Below are positions 13,601 to 25,954 of a stretch of DNA of 64,000 nucleotides, one piece after another. The stretch spans positions 1,465,440 to 1,529,439 of the forward strand of contig CAJINV010000015.1 of NCBI GenBank assembly GCA_905178155.1, in the 5' to 3' direction. The DNA is from Amoebophrya sp. A120. Lineage: Eukaryota > Protista > Dinoflagellata. The position numbers and the translations under genes were made by a program. The notes under the pieces are model-generated. The model saw nothing but the letters and a program-made list of their open reading frames with translations, was not told where the DNA came from and searched no databases. The number at the start of each line of letters is the position of its first letter. The stretch's first letter is position 1.

Positions 13601-16248
13601 GCAATCCCGTGCAAATGTGTCATGCAAAACCTGCATTCTGGTTGGCGCTTGTATTGCCATTCATGCTACACAAATGAGGGGGAGGAGGGGTTGTGCACTG
13701 TCATATCCCAAAACCGGCACGCTTCCCGTAGGAGTTCATCTCGAGTTTGTTCTAACAAGCGCAGCTGCACGGATTCCAATTCATCTTCGCGTAACAAAAG
13801 TGCGGCGCCAGAAATACAAGGAACAAGCAGCGAGCAAGCGCCTTCCGCTGGTCCTCGGCGGACTAGTAGCGGGAAGAGCGTGCGACTACACTCTCCTTCT
13901 TGTCGCAAGAGAAGTATCCAACGGCCGCAGGAGGGAAAAAATAACAAACAGCCCCCGTTGTTCAGTCGTTCTTCTCGGCGAAGTTCTGCTCCTTCCAAGC
14001 GTCCCGCCCCGCGCCGAAGCATAGTAAAAGTCTCCCGCTGGTCCTGCGCCAATCGTGAGAGCAAAGAGGTGGCAGCAGCTGCTGCTGCAGAGTCATCTTC
14101 TCGAAAGAAGGTTTTCCATAATCCCGAACAACCAAGAAAACCGTCGAGGAAGCGGCGGGCAGTTTCTTCTGACAGGAGCGCTTCGTCTTCAAAGCAGCTG
14201 AAGAAACCGAGACTTGAAAGGCCCTCGCCACGGACAAAAACCGGCAGCTGCTACACGTCGACCGGGCCTCAGGAGCATACTAAAAATGTCACCCTCCGAC
14301 GAGAACCGTCCAAAGCCAGGTACTGGAGCGACGTCCTGGCGGTACGCGACGTAAAGATGTCTGGGGCTGGAAAGATGCAAGATTGTCATGCTTGGCTACC
14401 ATGACTCTCCAGTCTGTCATGCACGTTATCCAATAAACGCCCCACTTTATAATTTCTGTCATGCAGAAGCTCGCTTTGTCATATCGAAGCCGAATAGACA
14501 ACACTGCAGCAGCACCTCCAAGATGAAAACTTCTCATGCTGGGCAGTCAATTCAACTGAACCGACGCATCCTTGTCTACTTTCTCAAACAGCATCACAAG
14601 TTTCCAGACCCAGACATGTTTGCATTTGATAGGCGGAGCGGCAACGGGGGAGTAACAATGCAGCTGCCGCGCCTGCACCCGCTTCCTCCTCGTGTGCCGG
14701 CCTCCTGGTGGAGGAGGGGGGCCGGTACTATCTGCCTCCGGAGAGGGCAGATAGTAGCAAGAACGTTGCCGCCCGACATTCTGAGGAAAATAACGCTTCG
14801 CGCGAACTGCAGAAAGTCCAAGCCGCTCCTCCTCCGCAGCAGGAGCAGAAAGGAAAAAACGCGCCGCAACAGGGGCAGGAGCAACCTGATCCGCGAGGGC
14901 CGCTGCTACCTGTACCCGCCATACCAAGTGCAAATATGTCCGGGTCTGGAAAGTTGGAACCTGTAATGCTGGTTTTGCATCGCTGCGGGACCTGTGTTGC
15001 ATGGCCAACAAAAGTGGCAGCCTCTCCTGCCATACAAGAACGGAGTTTCTCATGCGGGGTGCGTATGAAGAGAAAGCGTTGCGCAAACTTGTCATGCTTT
15101 CCTGCGTAAGGAAGTGCTTTCATCATGCATATTTTAGCATCACAAATTACCAGACCCAGACATGTTTGCATTTGATACGCCATGCGCCAGAACAACTTGC
15201 CAGCGGTGAGGAAGATGAAGATCTCGCGTCCGCGGACAGTCAAACCCAGCAGCCCGCGCCAGTATCCGAGGCGGAGCGGCTCGGGAGATCCGGAAAGAAA
15301 ATCGCGGAAAGGCAGTTTGGCTTCTTCGCGGGCCTCCAGTTCGGAGAGCGGTCCTGGCTATCTGGAGGGACTCCGGCTTGCGTTCATGATGAAGAACAAG
15401 TCCGCTGGCCCTATTACGAAGGTGGAAGGCGACCAAGGACGAGGGCAGCAGCGCGGGGCAGGAGCGGCAAACTTCTACAACTCCTGGGCTCAGCGAAGGA
15501 GCCCGGCACGGCCAGCGTTGCTGCTATGCATTGCAAAAGTATCGTACTAGTACGACTTGCATTTTTACAAATTTTTTCCGCATTAGAAATGGAGTTTGTA
15601 ATGCTGATTGACCTATAGGAAAAAGATTTGTAATGCGTAACTGCAAAAATTACTACGAGTGCGATACTTTTGCAGGTCATAGCCGCGAGAGAGAAGCAAA
15701 GTACGAACTGAGCAGCACCTATGGATCTGTCAGGATTGAAATGGTCAAAGTTGAAATGATTTCTCATGCATAAAATGCAAGGCATAAAGGGCCTGTCTTG
15801 CCGGGATGGCAAGTGAGGCAGATTGTGAGCCTATTTAGGGTTTGGGATAGAGCTGCTAAAGGAGCATGATAAAAGCAGTCGTCTGTGCCCAAACAGCATG
15901 ACAAATTAGATTCATTCTGGTGCTCCGAAAATTTGTCTTGCGCCGCTTGGAAATTGGGTTTCCAACTGGTATCCATTTTATGCATGACAAATCATTTCAA
16001 CTTTGTCGATTTCAAACCTGAGACTCCCATAGCACCGTAGCGCAGACCAGAAAAGGCCACGTGAGAGGACCGCCGAGAAGAACAGGTCTCGGGATAAAGA
16101 AGAACTGAAGCGGAAACGGAAACGAGAGAAGAAAAGCTGGGGGAAAAGTAGGCGGCGCCGGGGCCGTAGCTGTTCGCGCTCGCCTTTACCACCGCCGCGT
16201 TATTTCCGGGGGCAGAGCAAGACCAAGAGCAAGTCCAAGATGAGATGA
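7653..16248 (+). CDS. Large spliced gene (5' end unresolved); E/Q/A-rich low-complexity protein with R/S/K-rich C-terminus
   Basis: ORFs 8064, 8864, 9569, 10002, 10451, 10826, 13247, 13622, 14708 and 15182 join via GT-AG introns (8836-8984, 9851-10001, ~10377-10534, 10811-10915, ~13011-13220) and six introners; ends ...SKTKSKSKMR* at 16248. Confidence 0.7.
9311..9566. mobile_element. TIR introner family E
   Basis: TATCCTATGTAAAAAC...GTTTTTACATAGGATA; TSD TCGTG/TCATG; 261-nt removal is in frame. Confidence 0.9.
13495..13705. mobile_element. TIR introner family B
   Basis: TATGAATGTGCACAACTCCCCCTC...GAGGGGTTGTGCACTGTCATA; TSD TCCGA/TCCCA; 216-nt removal is in frame. Confidence 0.9.
14343..14631. 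mobile_element. TIR introner family A
   Basis: Family A TIR; TSD GGCGG. Confidence 0.88.
14922..15177. mobile_element. TIR introner family A
   Basis: TSD CGCCA; 261-nt removal is in frame. Confidence 0.92.
15525..15681. mobile_element. TIR introner family C
   Basis: TATGCATTGCAAAAGTATCG...CGATACTTTTGCAGGTCATA; TSD GCTGC/GCCGC. Confidence 0.9.
15720..16031. mobile_element. TIR introner family D
   Basis: TATGG...CAAAGTTGAAATGATTT / AAATCATTTCAACTTTG...CCCATA; TSD GCACC. Confidence 0.9.
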
Positions 16249-18660
16249 CGGGGGTAAAAAACGAAAGTTGAAGCTTCTCGCTGTAGAAACGAAGAATAAG
16301 AAATATTAAAAACTGAAGCTCAGAAAGAAAAGCTCAAAAGTCGTCGACCCTGCTGAAGTGCTGTTATATATCCTCATGCAGCGTCACTTCTTTACCACTG
16401 GTACTCCTCAATTTAGAATGACAGCAAATATAAAAAGACTTCTAAATCTATAAACGATCTGAAGTTGTCTATGTGATATTTCGCTGCGTTATTTTTGTGA
16501 TTTGTATTTCAAAGAAAGACTTCTAAATCAAAATCAGAGCCGTGCCCTGTACTAGAAGTTAAGAAATCTCGTATCTACACGAGTTTTGCTTTGTTTTTGT
16601 TTACCGGACGGAGCAAAAAAATGAAAATCAGTTTCAACCTGAAAGCCAACCAGCAAAGATTCAATCATTTTTACGCGTCGTGTCACGGTTGATGTCTTTC
16701 TTCTTGAACATTTTTCAGAACTTTGTTTTACACGGCGAGCCTGGAGGCGCGATTAATAGCGTTTGAAGAAGAGGCGGAGGGCGATAACGTAATACTTGGC
16801 TTGCTTACCTCCGAGAAAAAAAATTGGACGCGGTAGTATGTATGTAAACGTACCATCAGCCTATTGTGGTTTTTTCGACTTTGTTGCTTGTTCTGAGAAA
16901 AACACTAATATTACTTTTTCTGCAGATGCGGCCCCGTCGCGTAAATTATGATTTTTGCGAAGAAAATCGGAAAGTAGAGGTACGTAATAACAACTTTTTT
17001 TGCTCACTAACGCGGCGACATGGTACATAAATTCAACACTACATGAGAGTTGCAGGAGGACGCACTTCGTCGGCCCAAAGTCAAGTGTGCAGCGCATGAC
17101 GAGAAGGTGGTGGGTTTTTTTTTGTGGCCTGCACTCGAAGATATTGATATTCATATTAGGGCAGTGGATATAAAAATTACAACATCTTCACTTGTGGATC
17201 GACTCGAATCATTTTTACCATGTAATTCAGATTCTGGTTACAGTTTTAGTTTATCTTGCGGCATTTTGGTTTTGCTTTTGCCTCACCAACAAGGTACGAC
17301 CATTCACAATTACAGTGAATCTATGAAAAGACAAAGAGCAGTGGTCAACCGCCCCGAACGGAAATCGCTCTCGTGGAAGGCATGCAAATAAAACCAAGGG
17401 GTACACCGTTTCTTGCTATCGGAAAATTATTTCGTTGCAATTTTTATATCAGCCTCAGCCCCGTATGAGAAGGTTTCTTTATCTTTTCCTTTTCTTTGTC
17501 AGCATTACTCATTTCTATTTACAGCTTAGATCATGAAAGCCACAAAAGACTTTCTTGTTGTGTAGTTCCCGCCAGAAGAACTACAGTAGGCAGCATTCCA
17601 TTGAAATATATTCGAAGATGAATGCCGTTGCAACTGTAAGGCTGGCAAGTGGTGTAAAGTGCGTGGCACTTCTTCCTGGGCGCAGGCAGCAGCCTGAGAA
17701 CTACTTCTTAGAGCGAAGATTCTTGTCGAGGACATCGTTGCACTAGAGATCATGCAGGAATGTTGTTTTCTGTCAGGGCTACTATGCTACTTGTGCCGCT
17801 GGACTTACAACTGTGTGAAGATCAGTGTGAGAGGACGAAAAAGAAAGAAATCGGTCGGAAGCATGAAGTACAAGGGAAATGATCAAAATGATTTGAATCA
17901 AAATGATCTGTTCAAGATGAACTCGGTTGATGTGAGAACTGAACGATGGATGTTTTCGGGCCTCAAAAAATTGATGCCATGCCCAGGCATGGAAAGAAAG
18001 AAAGAAAGAACTCGGTTGACAATATTTTCTGCTGGCATAATGGATGATCCAAAAAGGATCTTCAAAATGTGGATCCAGCATACTTCTCCTCGGCCTCAAA
18101 CAATGTGAATGTCTGATGTGCCCTTTGCTCATAAGCATCGCTGATGTCCTTCTATGTTGTTGCCTCTTCACTTCTACACCAGCTTTTTTCGATTTCTCGA
18201 ACAGTAAAACAGTACGACTTCAGCCTCGAACAGTACAAAAACGGTCTTCTAGTGACTCTAGTACACCTTGAGCCTCACTGGACCAACCTCTGCATAGAGA
18301 AGTAGGACAACGTGATACATTAAACCCTAGTCTCTGCTCAACAAAGTCAAACTCCCCTTTGCGCTTTTGCGAATGTACTTATTACACTCACAACACTTGG
18401 AGAAAATGAAAATGAAAAACGAAACAACAGTGGAAGTTTTCAAATTGCAAGTTCATGTATAAGTATGTGAAGTAGTCCCCCTGCCTGCATAATTGTAAGA
18501 ACTAAGCGTGCATCTGCATCAACTTTTTCCATCTTTACCACGACAAAATATTTTAAGCATTACATCAGACCTGATTTCAATTTATTCCCCTGGAAGTAGT
18601 TTTTGTTTAACACATTTGGTTTTACCCGATATAACTTACCAGACCTTTATTATATAAAAG

Positions 18661-21600
18661 ATGCCCGCCGGCGCGGCCAATCCCAATTCGCACAACAATA
18701 TGTTGTCCAACAACATCAACATGTACACGCCCTTGTTGAGGTGGTTGTTCTTTTCTCTCAGCACCACTTGGTTCTGGTGCAGCCTACAAACAGGTCGGGC
18801 GGCTGCTTCTGGGACACCTCCGGGGTCCTCGTCCTCGGAGCCGGTTCTACTTGCGAAGCATTCTTATACGGTGTGGCAGGACGAACGCCTCGGCTTCACG
18901 CTTGACGACGCAACAAGCGCCGATGATGCAGCTCCTGCTAGCGCAAGGTTGCAAGTGGGAGATCCGTCCGCCGAGGCCGCGGCGCGAATGTTGTGGCCAA
19001 AGCTACGAGAACAAATCGACGACGCGAATTTGCGAGAAGAAATCGAAGCCGCGTGGGGACAGGACCACCACGACGAAGTTGCACATCAACAAGAACTATC
19101 AAATGTAAAAATGTCTGGGTCTGGAAGAGTCATGCTGTTTCTGCATGACGCAGAAGGTCTGGCATGGAAGCTCTAGCATCACAGGTTTCGAGAAGCTTCC
19201 GCAATGCCGAATCCGCATGACAAATCCCCCACTTTGGTGACAGAAAGTGAGCAGCTTTTGCTGCCTATGCATCAGAGATTTTTGTGTGTTCTGAAATGCG
19301 CATCACAAGTTACATCCTTCCAGACCCAGACATTTTTGCATTTGATAAGAACATCAGCAGGAGACCAGAAGAACGTCGACTGTCGGAGGTAGGGGCCTTG
19401 TAGAAAAACTGAACTACGCGTTTAGCCGCGGGAACCTCCGCTTGCGCGCGCCGAAAGTCCGTGACGTGGTACAGGTGCAGGGGCCGACGGGTCCTGTGCA
19501 CAGGTACAGACGGCCTACAGACGTGGTACAGACTTCCTACAGAGCCGTCGAGTTGGAAGTGGTGTACCATGCCTCGGAAAGGCAGCAGATAGTGCGCCGG
19601 CGGAGATCTACGTCTACTAGCAAGAGTAGAAGTCCCTCAAGAACAAGCCGACGGTCGTCCTCGTCCTCCTCGGGTAGTGGAAAAAGGAGGGCATCCTCCA
19701 CCAGCAGAAGCAGGAGCAGTAGCAGAGAAAGAAAGGAAGCAGCAGAACAGAGCAAAGCAGCCGGAAGTGCTGGTGTGCCACCAACTACGGCACCAGCGCG
19801 GCGGCTGCTTGAGGACGCCCTTAGGTCAGTACGACGCCAGCCGCCGGCAAATACAAATGTACCTATTCCGCGGCCTTTTGCTGCTCCCACTCCCAGCGCG
19901 TCCGCAACGCCGGTACAACAACAGCACCGTTCTGCGGGCTTGGATGCACCACTTCCCGGAGGGGGCCAGTCTCGTGGCCAGTCTAGCTCTAGTTCCGCAC
20001 CAGCGGCCCCTAACCCTATGCACTGCAAATATGTCCTCTGGGTCGTCTGGAAGGATGCAAGGTTTCTTGTCATGCTTGTCTGGCATGACTGAAGAGTTTG
20101 TTCTGCGTGTCCACGGAGAGGCCTTTTACCTTTTATTTGTCATGCAAAATCGCAGCTTGTCATGCGGAAAACGCATCGCTGAGCAGCGCAGATATAATTT
20201 CTCATGCTTGGCTGTGCATTATAATTATTCCCAACCCAGCATTTATACAAGTTATTTCCAGACCCCGACAACATATTTGCGGTTGATAGCCCCTTACCGC
20301 ACTCCGTTGGCGGCACCAGCTCAGCAAGGAGCTGCACCCGATGGTCACTGGTTTGTTGGACACCACCCACCTCCGTCCTCTCCTCCACCAGGCGATAGTC
20401 CACCTCCTTCCGAGACCGAGAGCGGCAGGCTTGACGAGATGTTGTACCTAATGAAACGCGCAGATCCGTTAGTGGAGGGAGATACAAAATTTGGGAAACG
20501 GGAAATCGACAATCTGGACCGCAACCTGCAGTTCTTTGGCCTTTCCAAGTCTGACGAGCTTTTGTCGGCCTCCGAGGAGGACGCTGAAGATGTGTACGCG
20601 AAACGGGTGACCGTTATCTCCACGGACGCGTCCGTTCGTGGCATATGCAAGAAAAAAAGTAAGTATGTTTAGTACAAGTCTGTGATGCACAAATAATGAA
20701 GAAAATAATAACTGCAACATCACACGTAGCAGGACACACTTCTCATGGTCATGCCGGGGCCGCGGACCACCACGAGGTCCCCTTTTGCTCCACGTTCTAG
20801 CCATGTTCGACAGGCTTTCTTTGTCAACATCATGCGAAACCAATTTATAATGCTGTCAGCCCAAGAAGGACAAGAATGTTACAACACTGAAGCTAAACAC
20901 AGTTTTTTTCTTGGATACGGGAAGAGCAACTATTATGGATATGGCGCCGTGTGGATTCAACATCAAGTGCTGCCGCCGGACGTCGCCGGCGCGGCTTCTA
21001 CAGCGCCGCTGCGGCAAGGGATGGCCGGGGTTTTGCAAATTCCGAATTGGGAAGAACCGCGCTCCGCTCCTGCGAAGCGAGTTTATCTGACTGACGAGAC
21101 CACGACCAGCATCGACCAGGGAAGTAGCATGGCGCAGTTTCAGCAATGGGGTGAGTCTATGCACAACATTCGCCGAAAATTCAAGTACACGAAGGACAAG
21201 GACTGGGACCGGACGAAGGGGTTGATGTTTGCTTTTTCCAACTGGTGCGAACTTTCGGCGATTTATAAGGCTCTGGAGCTGGGAAGCGATGAGAATGCGG
21301 TCCCGGGTCCGTTAGTTGTGCTCACGGACCAGAGATTTGTGTTGGATGTGCTACAGGCCTTCATCTTGCCCGAGATTCGGGACGCGATGTACGACATAAT
21401 CGAGAAAGAGCTACTGGAAGCGCCGCTGCACCCCTATCATAAGGACAAGAAGACGAGGACCTTTGCGTACTTGCGGCAATTCTTTCTGCAGCATGACCAC
21501 GGGTGGAAGCAACAGCTCTTGCGCCTTGACAAGTATAAAAGTACTAGCCTGAATCGTTTTTTTGACATTATCGTGGGACAGCTCCAAGAAGAGCACCTCA

Positions 21601-23252
21601 AGCCCGCGCCGCAGTGGCAGCAACGGGACATACAGGGAAGACCCGTCACCCCGTTCCAGGTAACCCTGCCAAAGCGCCTCTATTACATCGGCGCACTGAT
21701 TGCGAAAAGGTTTGTGTTCGGCTTCGAGGCGGAATTCGCTGTAGCAGCTGATGAGGCCGACGCGCGCAACGCAGAGAAAATCGGCCTTGCGCACATGACA
21801 ACCCTGATCTACCAGCAAGGCCATGACTACCGCCCGGCCCAGTCTGTAAAGAAGTCGACCATCAAAGAAGCAATCGCCGCTGCTGATTCCGTATCAAGTG
21901 CAAAAGTGTCTGGGTCTGGAAGATTCCGAGATTTGTCATGCATATTTCTCATGACCCATAATGCCTGTAGTGCATGATCTAGCATCACAGACTTTTAGAG
22001 GGCTTCCTGATGCGCCTTCCGCATGAGAAATGCCGTGTCCGCGTAGCACAAACTGGACCCCTCTTGCTGGTCATGCAATACAAATTTTCCTAGAATCCAA
22101 AAACAGCATGACAAGTTGCAATCTTCCAGGCCCAGACATTTTTGCAGTCCATATGCCGCGTCGGTAATTTTCTCGGACCTGGAGGCACTCGAGGTGCGCG
22201 CGCCCCATGGCAATAAAGCACCCGCGGCTGGAAGTAGCTTATGGGCAGCGCCGTACGAAGACGCCCGTCATTGGAACTACTTACAACTCCCCCACTCGTC
22301 CCTTGGAGCTAGTGCTGTGGAAATGCAAACGGCACCACAAAGGGAGATCCCTCTGAGGTACTACCACGGCGACGTGCCGGCTCACGACTGGGCCTTTAGG
22401 CTGGAGATGACGGCACAGGGGAGTAATGGGTCGTACCACGGCGATGTTGACGGGAGTCGCAGGGATAATATCATACCAAAATTGTTCGATGTCCTATTGA
22501 TCCACAGCGAAGAAAAATCGCAAGGCACGGGAAGCTCCGCGCAAGATGAACAACAAAAAGTGTTCCAGTACCTGTACCCGCTCGGCGAAAACGTCCTGGA
22601 GAGTATGAAGTTGAATCTGAAGGTACAGTGGCAAACAAAATGGGACGACTACAAACAGCGGTTCCATTGGCTGTCCCGCGACAGCTACAAGCGGTATCAT
22701 TGGCTGGCACAAAATGGCCCCGCCCTGGTCCTGCGGGACAAAGAAGAAAGCATGGTTGGAACGGATAAAGTAAACCAGGTGCTGGAGAAGATAAAGAAGC
22801 GTTGGGAGGCCTATCAAGGCCGCTATGTCGACGGGATCGCGGATGAACGGGAATCACGTATTTCCAGTAATATGGATGGAGCGCCGGCCACGGACAGTCT
22901 CAGTCAACGTTCTCATTCACATACTGAAGAAGAAGAACTTCCCACCGCTCCTCCATCGGGAGATGTAGTTCCTTATCCTACTTCGATCATTCGCTCTACT
23001 CCGCTGCCTGTTGCTGCACCATGGGCCGCTCAAGGAGCTTCTTCTTCTTCTTCGTTCTTACCACCAGCGACGCCGCAGGGGCCGGGTGTTGCTTCACTTG
23101 CTCCGCCTCATTACACCGGCACGGTCCGGCGCCATCGAGGAGGGGATGCGCCACCTGCTGTTGCTGAACGGGACCGTCAAGAGCAGCACGAGCAGCGCAA
23201 AACCAGGCAGAACAAGATTAATATCCCTACCCTGGATCCCGGAATTCTATAA
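18661..23252 (+). CDS. Spliced gene with RNase H1-like domain (3 introners plus GT-AG intron 20659-20859)
   Basis: Spliced protein has, in order, ISTDAS, YGYGAVW, SNWCELSAIYKAL, VVLTDQRFV, IYQQGH, AAADSAS, matching the RNase HI D-E-D-H-D catalytic pattern. Confidence 0.65.
19097..19347. mobile_element. TIR introner family A
   Basis: TATCAAATGTAAAAATGTCTGGGTCTGGAAG TIR; TSD AGAAC. Confidence 0.95.
20017..20288. mobile_element. TIR introner family A, diverged
   Basis: TSD AACCC/GCCCC; joins APN|PYRTPLAAP. Confidence 0.85.
21892..22153. mobile_element. TIR introner family A
   Basis: TSD TTCCG/TGCCG; 267-nt removal is in frame. Confidence 0.92.
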
Positions 23253-25954
23253 ACTCTTCTGTAATAAGTAGTCACTGATTTGCACTATCCCCGAACTAAT
23301 CACGAACACAATTAGAAGTAGTAGGTGGTGACGTTGCTGTCCTTCCAGTGGCGACAGTAGATCGACGAAATTGGATATTAAAACAGACAGCAGAATTATA
23401 AACAGTAGTATGTACCACAAAGAAGTACTGTAGTAGACCCGCGCTCCTGGGCGAGGGTGTTGCAGGCGTCGACACTCCTCTTACCTGAACAAAACGATTT
23501 TTACACGACCCTGATAAATTCTGGCGGCTGGTGCAGAGTGGTCGTCAGTTTATCTCTTTATTCATTTTTTGAGCAGCATTATTTGGAACAAGAAGTTGTA
23601 AAAGTAAAAATGAACGTCAAGCTGCACTTTTATTCACGAGTAAGTCGTCTACTGCAAGCGCGGGACGACCCAACTCGATGAGAATGTACAAGCACACATG
23701 TTTTTTTTAACACACTGCACAGACATAGAACAAGTTGTTTACATAGTAGTAGTCCATGTGGTCATGGTCATCCAAGCCCCAACATCGAGTAATGTATGAT
23801 TGACGTGTTATTTTTTGTAGTAGCCCCCCCCGCCATTTGCATTACGTATAGCAGGCTTTTCATGATCGTCAACGCAGGTGTCCTCCGGCGTGGACATTTT
23901 CAAGAGCCCAAGTGTACAGAAGTGTTTTTGAAGAAGGCCTTCATATTGTCAACGTATTTCCGGGAAGCAAGTGCGTCGAAGACAGATTGCCATGCACATC
24001 AAAGCAGATTTGCCCACTGTCATGCCCAGCATCTGTACTATTTACTAGCTTTGCGGAAGAAGAATTGACCCCTGCTGCATTTATCTGTTTTAGTTTCCCG
24101 AGAAAGTTTTTTCGGTGAACACTACTAACTTCTGCGCGCCAAAACAAGCAACAAGGTTTTAGTTTAAGTGGACGGAGGAGGTTACTTAAGAGTAGACAGT
24201 CAGAAGCTGTTGACTATGGCGAACAAGTAGATGTCCTCCTCCTTCTGCTAAATAAAAAGAGTAAAAAGTACTATGGCGTTCTTTTGTTTTCAAAAATGGC
24301 AGGATAGTAAATTGAAAGTAGTGATGAACAAGGCTTGTGGGGAACCCCAAAGCAAAAATGCTTATGCGAGAACTCCTTTCAACGAACTCCTCTCGACGTC
24401 GTGGAGTTAGAATCCACAGAGATGGTATTGTTATTCCCGTTGTACTAGTTGTACCCCAACATCATGAAGAAAAAAAGCAGTTGTACATCAAAAACCTGAA
24501 TCTGCATCAGTAGAGTTGTTCGGAAAGCAAAATAATCTTTGCACGAGTAAAGATTTATTTGACAGCTGCTGCGGCTGCCCAGAGGAGGGACGTGCAAAAG
24601 CAGAAGACTATGAAGATGAATATGTGGTGTTCCGACTATCTAAGAAGGAGCTGCAGCTGTACCTTAGGTAGGGCAAAATGCTGTTTCTGGTTCTTCTGAC
24701 GAGAGAATGACATTGAAGCAGGAGCTAGTTGTCCTGATATTTATAAAAACCTTACGGTAGTAGAGATTTTTTCAAGCCAGTTTTTTCATCGAAGTCCGAC
24801 CGGAGGAAATCATTTTTAACAACGCAAAAGGAACTGCAGGAGAACGAGAAGGTAACATGAAAAGACTGTGAATGTCGGTTTGATTTTACATGCCAAGGTG
24901 TAGTTGTCATTTGCATAGTTTTTTTTTTGGCCACGTCCGTTTTGGTCACTCACACTACTCCATATTTCCGATGAGCCATGAGCCGGAAGGAAGAGGGATA
25001 TTGGCATATCTTACCTACTCTATGCCGCGCAAAAGTAAAGAACTCTACCAAGAAACATTCTGTGTTTACTAGTCCAACTAGCTACGCACAATACACTTTG
25101 TGTCTGCTGTCCTCAACAGGGCCTGGAAAATGGTGAAAGGCGACAACAAACCCGAAGCAACCTCCCGTTTGTAAGTGAGTAGAAAATTTTCTTTAGGAAG
25201 GCAAAATGAAGTAGAGTTTAGAATTTCATGATCTCCCCCACCCCAACATACCTTGATAAAGGCGAACTCTCAGTCTGCTGTACCCTTTCTCTTTCAATAC
25301 ACCCGTAGAAGCTACTTGCACAGTATTGATGGGCCTTATGTTAGTATGGGCAACAAGTTGTAGCACATCTGACCCTCAGTAGTCACCAACATCACGCCAC
25401 CTTGTGACCGGACGATCCCAGATAATTGATTTGTGCTGTAAAGCTGCAGCAATTGTAGCATTTTTTAGGCAGGAATAGCGTACTAGGTTGAGTCAACCGC
25501 TAGAGTCGTGAAAATTGTGTCGTCATCATCTCGACAGTAGCAGTAAGTACAGTGTTTAATACGCACGTGCAGCTCTATTGCCTTTGTCATCTTCAAGAAC
25601 ATTTGCAGCTCGGGCAGCAGCAGGCGGAGAACAACAACCTCTAGAGGCGGAATTCTACAACACGACGAGGACGCCCTTGATGAATATCACCAGCGCACTG
25701 TGTTGCGGCTCCCCTGAGTGAGCAGTCAGATCAGTCGTCTTCGAAGACTCGGCTTTACTTGTTTCCGCTTTTCCTCTGGACGACGAAGGAGAAAAGGGAC
25801 CGAGAAAGACAAGAACGCAACTGAAAATCCAAGATCGCTTGCTCTTCGAGAACATCCTTCTCTGCTCTCGCCTAGTTGTACCTCGGCCTGCAGAGGAACT
25901 TCAAGGACGGAGACAACCTTTACTTTACCCCTGCAAGAGCGCTCCACGACCAAC

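Noticed and set aside
16300-18600. Exon-like fragments here and at 1500-3300, 23300-25700 and 29300-31200
   Set aside because: I could not build a consistent gene model or recognise a domain.
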